A DNA stretch of 64,000 nt from Octopus sinensis. Its lineage: Eukaryota. This document shows positions 25,109 to 37,770 of this stretch, piece after piece; position 1 is the stretch's first letter, and each line of letters starts with the position of its first letter. The translations under genes and the position numbers were made by a program. The DNA is taken from positions 12,090,001 to 12,154,000 of the forward strand of contig NC_042998.1 of assembly GCF_006345805.1 (NCBI RefSeq), written 5' to 3'. The notes under the pieces were generated by a model. The model ran no database searches and had not been told where the DNA came from. It saw only the letters and a list, made by a program, of their open reading frames with translations.

Positions 25109-27597
25109 TAGGAATGCTAATGTTGTCGGAATATAAATTATTACACTACCATTATAGATGTCATAGAAATAGCATTAACAATTCCACTGTAACATGAGAA
25201 CCATGCCTGCAGAATTTTGAAGGTTACTAATACGCGAGGCTTCATAAATCTGGGTATATATTCTAGTATATTCCTAAACCTGGAAAACTGCATAGGACTG
25301 AAAACCAGCCTTCAGCTTGAAGCGTAGAAAATACGTCATCTAATGTCAATTTCTAACATTCCTAACATTCTTCAAAGCACAGGTGCTACCTGCAAAACGG
25401 TACTGTTCGCATATCAGACGTGGTGGCACTATTATGTTACTATTACACTTCCATATGAATGAATAATATCATGCCCCCATCCCATTGGAATACAGCCACA
25501 TCCAAACGGGATGTCTCATCTCTAGCTTATTATTGACAATCATATACCTATAACAAAGTCAAATGCACAGATTCGTGTGCAGAGTTTCTGTTTTGGGAAG
25601 AGGCACTTCTTGGAACGAAACTAAGAAATTGTAAAATATTTATATAACTTCTGCTTCAAATAAATATAATGAATTCTACTCGAGAGTTTAAAATTAGCTT
25701 AAATTATAATACCTAAATAGATGATAACGTACATCTCTTTCAGAATAGTGTACGATATTACATTATTAATCAAGTTAAAGTACCTCACTTATTTGAGTTG
25801 CTTGTTCTGAGAAATTATGTGGGTGGCGTTCAAACTTAGCAGGTTAATGGTATTTTTCAAATTTGTCTGTGAGAAAGACTAAGGCTTCTAGCAAGCCAAA
25901 CAGAGCCAAGTTAATGATTCCAAGAGAAGATATTTCACCTCACATCTCTCTACCATCAATAGTTAAATATAATTTTCTCACATAAAGATTCAATGTACAG
26001 AATTATGCCGCAAGAAATGAAATCATCATTTGTAGCGTGAGCAGTGATTTTGAATAAGTAAAGAAATAGAATAGAATAAGAGATCTGCTGATATAAGGCG
26101 GTAGATTCCAGAATAGAATAATAAGTTTACTACCACAAAGAAAATCTTATGAATCTTATTTCAGGCTGTTATTGTAATTCATAAGCTTCATTTAATGTTT
26201 TAGCTGAAACTGTTATTTAAAAGAAACATATTATAGAAGAGATTTCAAAGAAATACTGCATTTACATAAGACTTCCTTATTAATATTCATCATGAAAATT
26301 ATTAGCAGAATTTTAATTCAAATTTAGCTCTAGAATATCACGCATCTAAACATATACAGATACGTGGAATGGGAACAGGATATGAATACACAAACATATA
26401 CACACACAAAACACACAAACAGACACATATGCACACATACACACACAGGAAGACAATTGTATATGAGTGTATGCACGTAGCCATAAGTACATGAATACAC
26501 ACAAATGCATGCACACGAATACACACCCACACAATAAACAGAGCAATCTTTCAATCCTCAGCAAAATGCGTTTTAATGTGTGTGTGAGAGAGGGAGAGAG
26601 AAATAGAGAGATAGAGAGAGAGGGAAATAGGTGAGAGAGAGCGTGTGTGTGTGTCTTCATATGTAAGTGTATATACATATACGATTATTCTAAGTTGCTC
26701 TCGAACAATGCCATAACTTGATGTTTCTCTTAAACTATGTTGCAAACAAGCCAAAGCATGATCCAGAAAATAACAAAAAGACAACCAACTAATGCCCAAT
26801 ATCATAATGTCAATGTAAATTAACATGAATACAACAGACACGTATAGCATTCATTTACGCACGAAGAAATAAAAAAAATGGAAAGGCAGCTGGCCATTAA
26901 AATCATTTTCAAACTAAACTTTGTCAGTCTCCAGGTTTCAACTGTGTAATGAAAATTTTGACACCTGAACTAAATTAAAAGAAAATTGAATAGGTTTTAT
27001 TTTTTCTTGAATAACTTGAGTAGCATTTCAGTAAAGTAATTACATTAATTTCGACACGCGATCTCAGACGAGCTCTCGAAGGCATACAAAAGACTTTTGA
27101 GAATACCATGAACAGAACATAAGACTAATGATGGAGTAATAAAACAAAATTATTAAATAACATTAAAGGGATAAAAAACATTTTTTGAACCATTCAGGAA
27201 AGACTTGCCCACAAGAGACAGGTGACAGAAGGAAAAGAAACGAAAGGCAAAAGAGAATCACGGTGGGATGATGGTGGGGAAGACTCATGTAGAAAAATAA
27301 AGTAAACAATTGGATACGCTTAAAATGCAGTAAACGTGTCGGAGTAGAGTCCCAGGTGAAAGACTGGGCTGGTTCTATATGACACTCAGGTTCAACATGT
27401 TGACTATTACCTTGTTTACGACGCGAACAACTCAAACCTTAGGAGAAACTCAAAGCCTTACAATTGTGTATGATATGAAAATAATAGAGGATTGTTATGA
27501 ATGTGCTTTTCTTTTCTTCCTACGAGTTTGTCACTGTAATTATAAATTTACTAGCAAGGACTTTTGGCCTTGCTCGGGATTAAAATGGCATTCGTTC

Positions 27598-27795
27598 TTT
27601 ATTGTTTTACTTGTTTCAGTCATGTGAATGCGACCATGCTAGAGCACCGCCGTTGGTCGGACAAATTAGGGTCTATTCTTTGTAAGCCTAGTACTTATTC
27701 TATCAGTGTCTTTTGCTGAACCGCGAAGTTAGGGGAACGTAAACACAGCAGGATCGGTTGTCACGCAATGGTGTGGGTACAAACACAAAAACGCA
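27598..27795 (-). mobile_element. SINE family A 3' half
   Basis: ttacttgtttcagtc...catgctagagcaccgcc...gtaagcctagtacttattct. Confidence 0.8.
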
Positions 27796-29035
27796 CACAC
27801 ACACACACACACACACATACACACACACACACACACACACATACGCACACATACCATACACATACACACACAGTCAAGGCAGAAAATGCTAAAATAATTT
27901 TATAAAAAACATTTCAGTATCGGTTTTAGTCATTGAGACTTTTTCAACTGTAAGTATGGAAAAGAATTAAATTTTCGAAAAAATTAAAAGAAAAGCGTTT
28001 TAAAAGAATACATGCATAGTATTCAAATACAAGGGGCATTTACCTTGCTTCTGCCTGTCTCTGTCTCTCTTGCTTACTCTTGTAGTTTCGATGTCGTTGT
28101 GAATTCTTGTCAGGGAAGAAGAAGAAACGCCTGTCACTAAAGAAGAACATTACAGCCGAATAACGACTGGCTTTTCTTCAAATAAACATAACAAATCATT
28201 CGTGTATTGTGTATGGAGCCACTAAATGACATTGTAGAATAACCAGGGAGCATTGAAATGAATTTCGGACAAATCTAACCGAATGTGCCAGAATTAATGA
28301 AGAACTTAATGTTAAATTATTGATATTACTTGATAAGTGATTTATCATATATAATAATTAACAATACTTGTAAACATGCTACATCATTACGATTGAAATG
28401 CATTCCGAACTTTCGATGCTGATGTAAAGCTACGCGTATAGAAGTGTATACATGATCACGTCACGAAATTGTTAAATGGTGTGAAATAGATCGAACTATT
28501 CATAGCTGATCGGAATAAATATTGTGGAAGAGAATAAATCGTGTGACTGAAGAGAAATATAACATTTTGAGGAGGATGCCATCTCGGAAAGAAAGAGCTT
28601 TGTTGATCAAGTAGATTAAAGTGAGAAAATTTAACATAAAATAGAAGACATACCGGCTGGTAGTGGATGACAGCAAGTGTAGTAAGAAGGCAACGATCAA
28701 AGCGAGGAGGTAACCAAAAATTTCATCGAAAAAAGGGCGAATAATGTGCGGGTGGGAAAATACATGCATACCTAAGTACACATATACATAGATGATATAC
28801 ACCTCCCATATGTATATGTGAATTTGGGTGTGTATATATGCGTGTGCTTGTATGCATGTACATGTGTGCGTGTGTGTGCGTGCGTGCGTGCGTGTCTGCT
28901 AATAAGGAAAATTCGAGTGCAAGTGTTATAATATTCATAGTTAATTGAACTTGAAAAACTATGACAAGAAATAGAAACTTAAAAAATAATGCACTGAAGC
29001 TGGAATTTGAATTTGAATAATATCCTTTTTGTGAG

Positions 29036-29265
29036 GGTGGCGAGCTGGCAGAAACGTTAGCACGCCGGGCGAAATGCTTAGCGGTATTTCGTCTGCGTTA
29101 CGTTGTGAGTTCAAATTCCGCCGAGGTCTACTTTGCCTTTCATCCTTTCGGGGTCGATTAATTAAGTACCAGTTACGCACTGGGGTCGATATAATCGACT
29201 TAATACCTATGTCTGTCCTTGTTTGTCCCCTCTATGTTTAGCCCCTTGTGGGTAATAAAGAAATA
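29036..29265 (+). mobile_element. SINE family B, full-length
   Basis: Matches the other family B copies. Confidence 0.9.
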
Positions 29266-31125
29266 GGTATTGGATGAAGAAACGATTAAAGAGAAAGCAT
29301 GTGTGCGCAAGTGTATTGTGTTGGTAATATCGTTCCCACTGCACCCTATCATGTGCGTCAACTGGTGACACATCCAATATTCTATGACGACGTTGAGGAA
29401 GATAAATGTTGTCATCGGTCCAGATTTCTAGAAATCTTCAGTGTTAGTGGGAATTTCAAAATTCAAGGGCATATTTATGCAAGTGACAAAGTGTCACTAG
29501 CGAGGAAAGTGTAGTCGTCTCAAGGGCTTTTACAATGACCTTAACCGCATTAAACTTGGTCGAATTAGCATTGCTAAAGAGCATAGGATTGCCAGTGGAT
29601 AAGTAAATGCTTACCTTTAGCATATATTTTCACCCTCTGATTTGAATGAACATAATATGTGTATCGATGTGTATGTGTACGTGTCCACATCTCAGATATG
29701 GCCATATTCTACTTAATATTTATCGGTTCAGACAAGAATTAGTTTAACTTGAACATGACTATCTCTATATTAAGAGTTATGGCATGCAAATAATAGAATG
29801 TGCTGGGTTTATCTGCCATTTTGATAGGTTTTCTTTGTTCATGTTTTATTACTGTCTTAACTGAGTTAAACCTGTAAGAATGTCATTTTCCTCATCGATG
29901 ACCATACGATATTACAAGACTTGTTGGATCACGTGTCACATGTGTACTCAACATGATATCACTGATTGACTTGGAATAGAGTTCGGAGATATTGAACTAC
30001 TCAATGCGTCAAGCGAGAGCTCTACAAGGCTAGACTGGGAATGCGGATCATCTTATTCTCTCTCTGAGCATCTATCTCAGAGAATGGTACACTTATGTAA
30101 AACTTGAGGATCGTTTTGTCTTTGATGTAAAAACAAATCTGGCCCACCTGAGGAAATATGTCTTTATAATTGATACATTCCTATCCACTCGTCATTCATT
30201 GTAATCAGTTTCATTTACAAGACGTTTCCGGAATCACAGACAACGGATCTCTTATTTAGTCTATCATTACCGTGTCCTCAAACACAGTCGGATTACTTAG
30301 AGGGGCTAATAGTTCTAAATTATTGGTCCTTGCGTGGCTGCATTGTCTGTTGCTGATCATTGTCTGTGTTTTTGGGGTCTAATATTTGGACCTACTCAGA
30401 TTTGACCTCCTACTTCCAACAAATATTACCAAAACAAACACACGCATAAAGACATGTTGTAACTAATTAGTAATTAACAGGTTCGACTACGACTACGACT
30501 ACGAGCTGTGTTGTGAAAGGTTCTTAGATAGCTAATAATATGAATGCAACGTCTTTATTGTGCTACCAGAAACTTAATATATTATCAACCAACTATTAGA
30601 AGCCTTTTGTATATTATCTGGTCTAATCTATCATCGTTCTATAGAATTGGTGTGTTGGGCATTTCTCATCGTTTCATGCATAAAACTCTAAAGTTAACTC
30701 CCGCTAGTTCACTTAGTAATCTTAACAGTGTCATTTATCATATTAAACGTTTCTGGTGATAATAAAGCACACTAGATTAAGCTTAGTTAGGAGAGTACAG
30801 GAAAACATTACTCAATGAAAATTAAGTAGATTGCAAGAAATATGCGTTGCCGTTACATCATACTGCTAAGTTGATAAATTATTTTCCTTGTGTAGAGATT
30901 CAGTAATAGAAATTGTCAGCCACTGTGCTATCAATGATTCTGTAATCTCCATCTCATTGTTTTTTGAATTGCGATTGTCTTACATTTTTTAACTCATCTC
31001 ATTACCAGATTACTATTGTCTCTTTTAACAATTGTTTGATAATAGATGTATGTATACATGTACTTATATATTAGTGTGTGTCTGTGTGTTATGCACTCAT
31101 TTAAAACATATAAATTATATATGTA

Positions 31126-31219
<94 letters not shown>

Positions 31220-31247
31220 GCATGTATATATATATATATTAATAAAA

Positions 31248-31672
31248 ATGGTAAGACAACAAAAGAAAGAGACCTCGATATTATGTAAATAGAGGAATTT
31301 ATCTGTAAATGAAATATGTGACAATTATTCGGTAGCCATGATAAAACTCCGAGTTTCGGATGCCGGGGTGGAAACTCGAAGTTTTATCATGGCTACCGAA
31401 TAATTGTCACATATTACATTTACAGATATATATATATATATATAATAATAATAATATAATAATAATAATATTAGGGAGTAAATCCAAACTTACAGGGAAA
31501 AATTAGATTAAGGATTAAATCTAATTTTACAGTATAAATATATATATTAAATTAGAGATAAAACCACTATTAGGCAAATCAATATATATATATATATAAT
31601 ATATATATATATATATCACTGAAGAGATAGCGGCGTGGATTCCACCTCGGCATCCGAAACTCGGAGTTTTAT
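31248..31672. mobile_element. Rearranged Penelope pLTR-like repeat with a 57-bp fold-back and a hammerhead motif
   Basis: Arms 31301-31357 and 31371-31427. At 31618-31668: CTGAAGA g...gtgga t tccac...c GAAA ctcgga GTT; stem I partner lost. Confidence 0.7.
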
Positions 31673-32500
31673 ATATATATATATGTATATATAGACACGC
31701 ACATGCATACATACACATGACTGCTCCTTCATATACTACATATGGTGTGTACATGTGCTTAACGAAACTATGGAAATGTCAGTGTTTTCATGTTGAAAAC
31801 GCACTTGACACAAAGAGTAAAATATTTCAGTTTGTGATTTCTAGAATTTTGAGGCTCCACGTGTACTGGGCTAGGACTTTTCTGAAGGAAAGTCGTTGTG
31901 CTGCGAGATTAATCTCACTTTCTCATGCGTCACCTCCCCAAGTAGTGAAAATGCGGTTGGAGACATCGCTATATGGCAGATACTGAATGTCACTTTCGTG
32001 TTTCGCTGTACTCTAAGGTATGCCTCCCAGTGTGATGTTGCTGTATGTTGCAATTCTTATCACTAAATTTTCATAATTTGTAGTTGCGTTTACCTTTCCA
32101 CTGTCCGCATAAGTGTAGCATTTAAACGCGTAATGTAACAAACCATTTATATAGTTCATAAAGCTACTCTCAGCCAAGTTCAATTGGCCTACGAGTGTGC
32201 TTCCCAAGATGGGATATACTTCTTCAACCAAAAATACTCGGATCAGTCTGAACACCAGGTTGGAGCGACAGGCAAAAACAAAACATTCTCAGAAAAGTAA
32301 TTAGAAAACTACTCACAAATTGTTCTGTTCTTCGCTGATATTCTATATATTTCCATTCAGATGTGTTCGCGTTTGGGCTAATCACATGTTTGAATGTGTA
32401 ATGCTATAAGAATTGTAGCTGATTATATAGTGGTTTGTTTTGTTGGTGGAATCCTACTTAAAGTTAATAAACTGACTGTACATATGATCTGAAGTTCATA

Positions 32501-32668
32501 TAGGCGTAGGAGTGGCTGTGTGGTAAGTAGCTTGCTTACCAACCACATGGTTCAGGTTCAGTCCCACTGCGTGGCATCTTGGGCAGGTGTCTTCTACTAT
32601 AGCCTCGAGCCCACCAAAGCCTTATGAGTGGATTTGGTAGACGGAAATTGAAAGAAGCCCGTCGTATG

Positions 32669-32707
<39 letters not shown>

Positions 32708-32897
32708 GTTTGTGTGTCACTTGATAACCGATGCTGGTGTGTTTACGTCCCCGTCACTTAGCGGTTCGGAAAAAAAGCCGGATAGAATAAGTACTAGGCT
32801 TACAAAGAATAAATCGTGGGGTCGATTTGCTCGACTAAAGGTGGTGCTCCAGCATGGCCACAGTCAAATGACTGAAACAAGTAAAGGAGTAAAAGAG
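32501..32897 (+). mobile_element. SINE family A, full-length
   Basis: ggcgtaggagtggctgtgtggtaag head to gaaacaagtaaaggagtaaaagag tail. Confidence 0.92.
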
Positions 32898-33559
32898 CAC
32901 GGCATTTGACCTATCTTGGCATGCTGAGATGAGCTTTGTTTTTCATCTCTTGATAAGGGAGGCAGGATTCGATGAATCAGAGTTCAAAGAACTTGGAAAT
33001 ATTTATGTTGGTTTCTAGTTTGAGCGTAACGTAATGAACAGCAGTGCTGCGCCAAGCGCCCTTTAAAATGGGTTTATTTATCCTAAGCAAGACTGTGTAC
33101 TATATATATTTTTGAAAGTTTGCATTTTATAGTGCTGGAGACTAGTTGCAATTGTTGCATGTTGCTATTGTTTTCACTGTTCCTTTTGTCCTAAGACCCC
33201 TTCATTGTACCTCCTTAAGGCACTGGATAAGCTCATTTTTTTATACTGAGCATCAGATTTCGTTTAGGCAATGACTGCGCTGCGGTACCTCATTTAATTA
33301 TCAAGTGTTTGATGTGTAAGTGAAAAGGGTATTCCTTTCTTCATGCTTCCGTGTCGATGACTGATGGTGGTTGTCTGGGTGATTTGATTTCGCATGGATA
33401 TGTAATGCAGAAAAGTCTGTTATATTCAATGACTCCTAAGATCCCGAAGGAAAATCATAAGCATAATATGCACTAAGCCAGTGTTTTCCTATAATTCCAA
33501 AGATATTGCTGCCAAACGTGGTTTCTCTCTCTCTCTCTCATATATATGTATGCATATAT

Positions 33560-33880
33560 ATATATATTTTCGATATCAGTGACTTTTCGCCACTGGAAAA
33601 AAGGACATATATTTGCAAAGGGAACACACTTTTCATCGGCAATCGGTGATTGTTACACGCTGATGACGGGTCAATACCCAGAAACTCGAGTCTGTGTGTA
33701 TCATGTCAGATTGAAGATGGGATGGATGGCTTCTCTTTGCAAATACTGATAGGGCACAGGAAGCGTGTCAATAGCCAGCTGGAGGAGGTGTCCTCCTGGG
33801 GCTACCAGCTACAGTAGCATCCACCCTTAAGGGTTAGCCACATTTAAGTGGCAAATATACTTCATGATATGCAGCTACTG
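33560..33880 (+). mobile_element. About 330-bp non-coding HHR-bearing repeat (family of 20290-20920 and 62071-62330)
   Basis: Shares ccagctgga..tcctggggcta and gccac..tggcaaata.ac segments with the other copies. Confidence 0.6.
33654..33698 (+). ncRNA. Minimal type I hammerhead ribozyme, GUC cleavage triplet (predicted cut after 33692)
   Basis: tacacg CTGATGA c ggg tcaata ccc a GAAA c tcga GTC tgtgtg: intact core, 6-bp stem I (2 GU), 3-bp stem II, palindromic stem III ACTCGAGT. Confidence 0.8.
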
Positions 33881-33928
33881 TTTATACCTAGCTCAGAGAT
33901 TTATTATTGCTTATATTTATTATATAAT

Positions 33929-33959
<31 letters not shown>

Positions 33960-34000
33960 GGTGAGAAAGTTGGTGTGTGAAAGCACGTGGTTGAATATAT

Positions 34001-34410
34001 AGAAAATAGTAAAAAGTGAAAAAACTACAGAAAGCTTGTTTTAAATGTTAAAAAATATATATTTGAGTCATTATGTCAGAAGAAAAATACAAGCCCAAAC
34101 TTAACCATTCCAACATTCTTATACAGAGAAACTCACCCCCCAAAAAAGGCAAGAAATATTAAGCGATTATCTCCCTTACACCGGAAGAAATCACTTATTA
34201 CCTCCCCTTATCTGGAACTCTTCTTTACACTTCTCAACGAAAACATAACGATGTAAAAAATTTGAAAAGCTGAACGCGGAACCGGTCATTTCTTCAAAAA
34301 CTATGTCATTGTATGAAAAAAACTTATAACATTCTTCTGACATAATGACTCAAATATATATTTTTTAACCTTTTAAAACAAGCCTTCTGTAGTTTTTTCA
34401 CTTTTTACAA

Positions 34411-34416
<6 letters not shown>
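34001..34416. mobile_element. MITE/foldback element with about 83-bp TIRs
   Basis: 34001-34083 and 34333-34416 are inverse with only a few mismatches; no ORF inside. Confidence 0.85.
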
Positions 34417-34498
<82 letters not shown>

Positions 34499-34779
34499 CA
34501 ACAATTGAGGGTAAAATTAATTAATTATTAATCAGTTTCACCAAGTGTTCAGTATGTAAAGGGACCATTATAGGCGAATTCAAAATATTACATTATATAT
34601 AAGGGCTTAGTAAAATAAATTACTTTGCCACATACTGAACTCATTAGAAATAGCAGCTAAAGAAATTTCTTCAGCTATTTCTAATACTTAAAGAAGATCT
34701 CTCTCAGATAGTGTTTGCCTAAACTAACTCACAAAAGTATGGGGGAAAAAACATTAAAAAATCAAGTGCAAAGGTTATT

Positions 34780-34832
34780 TGAGAACGTACGTTTCTAGAT
34801 TAGTCAATTCGACATTTCTTTCTTCAGCTCAG
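34780..34832 (-). ncRNA. Minimal type I hammerhead, unit 1
   Basis: tgag CTGAAGA a agaaatgtc gaatt gactaatct a GAAA c gtac GTT ctca; palindromic ACGTACGT stem III; 4-bp stem I. Confidence 0.7.
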
Positions 34833-35336
34833 AATTCCTTGAATCGGATTTGGGAACACTGAAAGTCGGGAGCATACCCTTTCGGCTTCTAATCACCTCT
34901 AGAATTCTGCTCGAACTAAAAGTGCTATCAAATTCGAATATGCAAGCGAAGAATTTCTGCTCTCCCCTTTCCACCAGCGTGGGTTAAAATTGACAAACAC
35001 CATGTATTAACAGTGAAAACCGCAGAATTTAGCAAAGAGAGATGAATTATAATTTCAACAATTGAGGGTAAAATTAATTAATTATTAATCAGTTTCACCA
35101 AGTGTTCAGTATGTAAAGGGACCATTATAGGCGAATTCAAAATATTACATTATATATAAGGGCTTAGTAAAATAAATTACTTTGCCACATACTGAACTCA
35201 TTAGAAATAGCAGCTAAAGAAATTTCTTCAGCTATTTCTAATACTTAAAGAAGATCTCTCTCAGATAGTGTTTGCCTGAACTAACTCACAAAAGTATGGG
35301 GGAAAAAACATTAAAAAATCAAGTGCAAAGGTTATT

Positions 35337-35389
35337 TGAGAACGTACGTTTCTAGATTAGTCAATTCGACATTTCTTTCTTCAGCTCAG
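35337..35389 (-). ncRNA. Minimal type I hammerhead, unit 2
   Basis: Identical to unit 1, 557 bp away on the same strand. Confidence 0.7.
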
Positions 35390-36192
35390 AATTCCTTGAA
35401 TCGGATTTGGGAACACTGAAAGTCGGGAGCATACCCTTTCGGCTTCTAATCACCTCTAGAATTTTGCTCGAACTAAAAGTGCTATCAAATTCGAATATGC
35501 AAGCGAAGAATTTCTGCTCTCCCCTTTCCACCAGCGTGGGTTAAAATTGACAAACACCATGTATTAACAGTGAAAACCGCAGAATTTAGCAAAGAGAGAT
35601 GAATTATAATTTCAACAATTGAGGGTAAAATTAATTAATTATTAATCAGTTTCACCAATGTCGAATTGACTAATCTAGAAACGTACGTTCTCAAATAACC
35701 TTTGCACTTGATTTTTTAATGTTTTTTCCCCCATACTTTTGTGAGTTAGTTTAGGCAAACACTATCTGAGAGAGATCTTCTTTAAGTATTAGAAATAGCT
35801 GAAGAAATTTCTTTAGCTGCTATTTCTAATGAGTTCAGTATGTGGCAAAGTAATTTATTTACTAAGCCCTTATATATAATGTAATATTTTGAATTCGCCT
35901 ATAATGGTCCCTTTACATACTGAACACTTGGTGAAACTGATTAATAATTAATTAATTTTACCTCAATTGTTGAAATTATAATTCATCTCTCTTTGCTAAA
36001 TTCTGCGGTTTTCACTGTTATACATGGTGTTTGTCAATTTAACCCACGCTGGTGGAAAGGGGAGAGCAGAAATTCTTCGCTTGCATATTCGAATTGATAG
36101 CACTTTTAGTTCGAGCAGAATTCTAGAGGTGATTAGAAGCCGAAAGGGTATGCTCCCGACTTTCAGTGTTCCAAATCCGATTCAAGGAATTC

Positions 36193-36244
36193 TGAGCTGA
36201 AGAAAGAAATGTCGAATTGACTAATCTAGAAACGTACGTTCTCA
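36193..36244 (+). ncRNA. Minimal type I hammerhead, inverted unit
   Basis: Same sequence on the plus strand; a 5'-truncated copy lacking the CTGAAGA core lies at 35657-35692. Confidence 0.6.
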
Positions 36245-37084
36245 AATAACCTTTGCACTTGATTTTTTATGTTTTTCCCCCATACTTTTGTGAGTTAGTT
36301 TAGGCAAACACTATCTGAGAGAGATCTTCTTTAAGTATTAGAAATAGCTGAAGAAATTTCTTTAGCTGCTATTTCTAATGAGTTCAGTATGTGGCAAAGT
36401 AATTTATTTTACTAAGCCCTTATATATAATATATATATATATATATATATCTGAATATTTGTGTGTGTATGTGCATTTGTATTCTACTTGCATGCATGCC
36501 CCTGCTGCGTATGTACGTATGTGCAAGTGCCGTTGTGTGTGTTGCAAATATGCGACGCGCATTAGTATATATGCGCAATGACGTGATGGATTTTCAAAAA
36601 AATATCTGCTGGTGAAAATTTAAAGATAACTTTCGCCATGGCATAGTGTAGTTGGCACCTAATCATGTCGCATGACACTTTCGTTAATTAAATTCATTAA
36701 TCAATAACCTTTTTTTCCACGTCATTGCAGTAGTAAACCGAGTTCGCAAATGTATTTATCTGAAGTATTTTCTAAACATAAAAAAAAATATTTACAGATA
36801 TTGAACGAGGTCTCAAATGCTTATATTTCTAATAGCATAGTCACGCACACACACACACGCACGCACACACACATACACACACACAGAAACACTCACACAC
36901 ATACACACACACAAACACTCACATAAACACACACACATAGGCACACACATTCATACAGGTGCGCGCAAGAGCTCACACACACACAAATACATATATATAT
37001 CGAGAGAGAAAGAGAGAAAAGAGAGAAAGCAAGAGAGAGTCAACAGACGGGTTCCAGAGATTATCAATATAGAAAACACTCCAT

Positions 37085-37500
37085 TGCGGCAAGCTGGCAG
37101 AAACGTTACCACGCCGGGCGAAATGCGTAGCCGTATTTCGTCTGCGGCTACGTTCTGAGTTCAAATTTTGACGAGGTCGACTTTGCCTTTCATCCTTTCG
37201 GGGTCGATAAATTAAGTACCCAGTTACGCACTGGGGTCGATATAATCGACTTGAATCGTTTTTCTGTCCTTGTTTGTCCTCTCTGTGTTTAGCCTCCTGT
37301 GGGTAGTAAAAAAAATAGATATTTCCTCTATCTTTATATTCTGAGTTCAAATTCCGCTGAGGTCAACTTTGCCTTTCATCCTTTCGTGGTTGATAAATTA
37401 AGTGCCAGTTGCGTAATAGAATCGATGTAATCGACTGCCCCCCTCCGATCTCCCTAAAAATTTCGGATTTGTGCCTAGAGTAGAAAAGAATATAGAAAAC
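37085..37500 (+). mobile_element. SINE family B copy plus a second partial copy
   Basis: 37085-37322 near full-length; 37340-37500 repeats the ttctgagttcaaattccgc..gtcaactttgcc segment. Confidence 0.85.
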
Positions 37501-37559
37501 ACTACGAGATCTTTAGTGAGGCCCACGGTTTTGCTCTCTCTCTCTCTCTATTTCACAAA

Positions 37560-37770
37560 CTTGAGGTAGTGAGCTCGATTCCCAGCCCAGGCTTTCTGTA
37601 GTTCTCTTGAGCAAGACACTTTATTTCACGTTGCTCCATTTCACTCAACTGTAGAAGTTAGCTTCGATGTCACCGGTGCCAAGCAACTGCTGGTCTTCTA
37701 TAGACAATCTTATCTGAACTTGTTCTTCAGAGGGGAACTTTCTAGGAGTAATCTTCTGGTCATTCATGAT
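37560..37770 (+). mobile_element. Decayed tRNA-derived SINE, family D
   Basis: B-box-like ctcgattccc followed by cttgagcaagacactttatttcacgttgctcc, a conserved central-domain-type motif. Confidence 0.55.

Larger units (their letters stand above)
34492..36430. repeat. 557-bp tandem array (2.1 units) followed by an inverted segment of about 1.4 units; one hammerhead per unit
   Basis: Unit starts at 34492, 35049 and 35606; orientation flips at 35657; flanked by (TA)n on both sides. Confidence 0.95.

Noticed and set aside
28125-28175. gtca ctaaaga ag...cc gaat aac gac tggc, hammerhead-like relic
   Set aside because: Three or more core positions altered; cannot be supported.
32094-32247. Possible minus-strand exon LIRVFLVEEVYPILG...YTYADSGK with AG/GT boundaries
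   Set aside because: No homology recognised; the plus strand offers an equally plausible frame.
34643-34685. Second CTGAAGA inside the unit hairpin, and ctgaacacttggtgaaac elsewhere in the unit, as extra hammerheads
   Set aside because: The first lacks the downstream GAAA/NUH arrangement; the second has G8 replaced and no valid stem III.
34492-36430. CRISPR-like or plain satellite reading of the tandem arrays (also 10195-10352)
   Set aside because: No short repeat with unique spacers, no cas genes, eukaryotic context.
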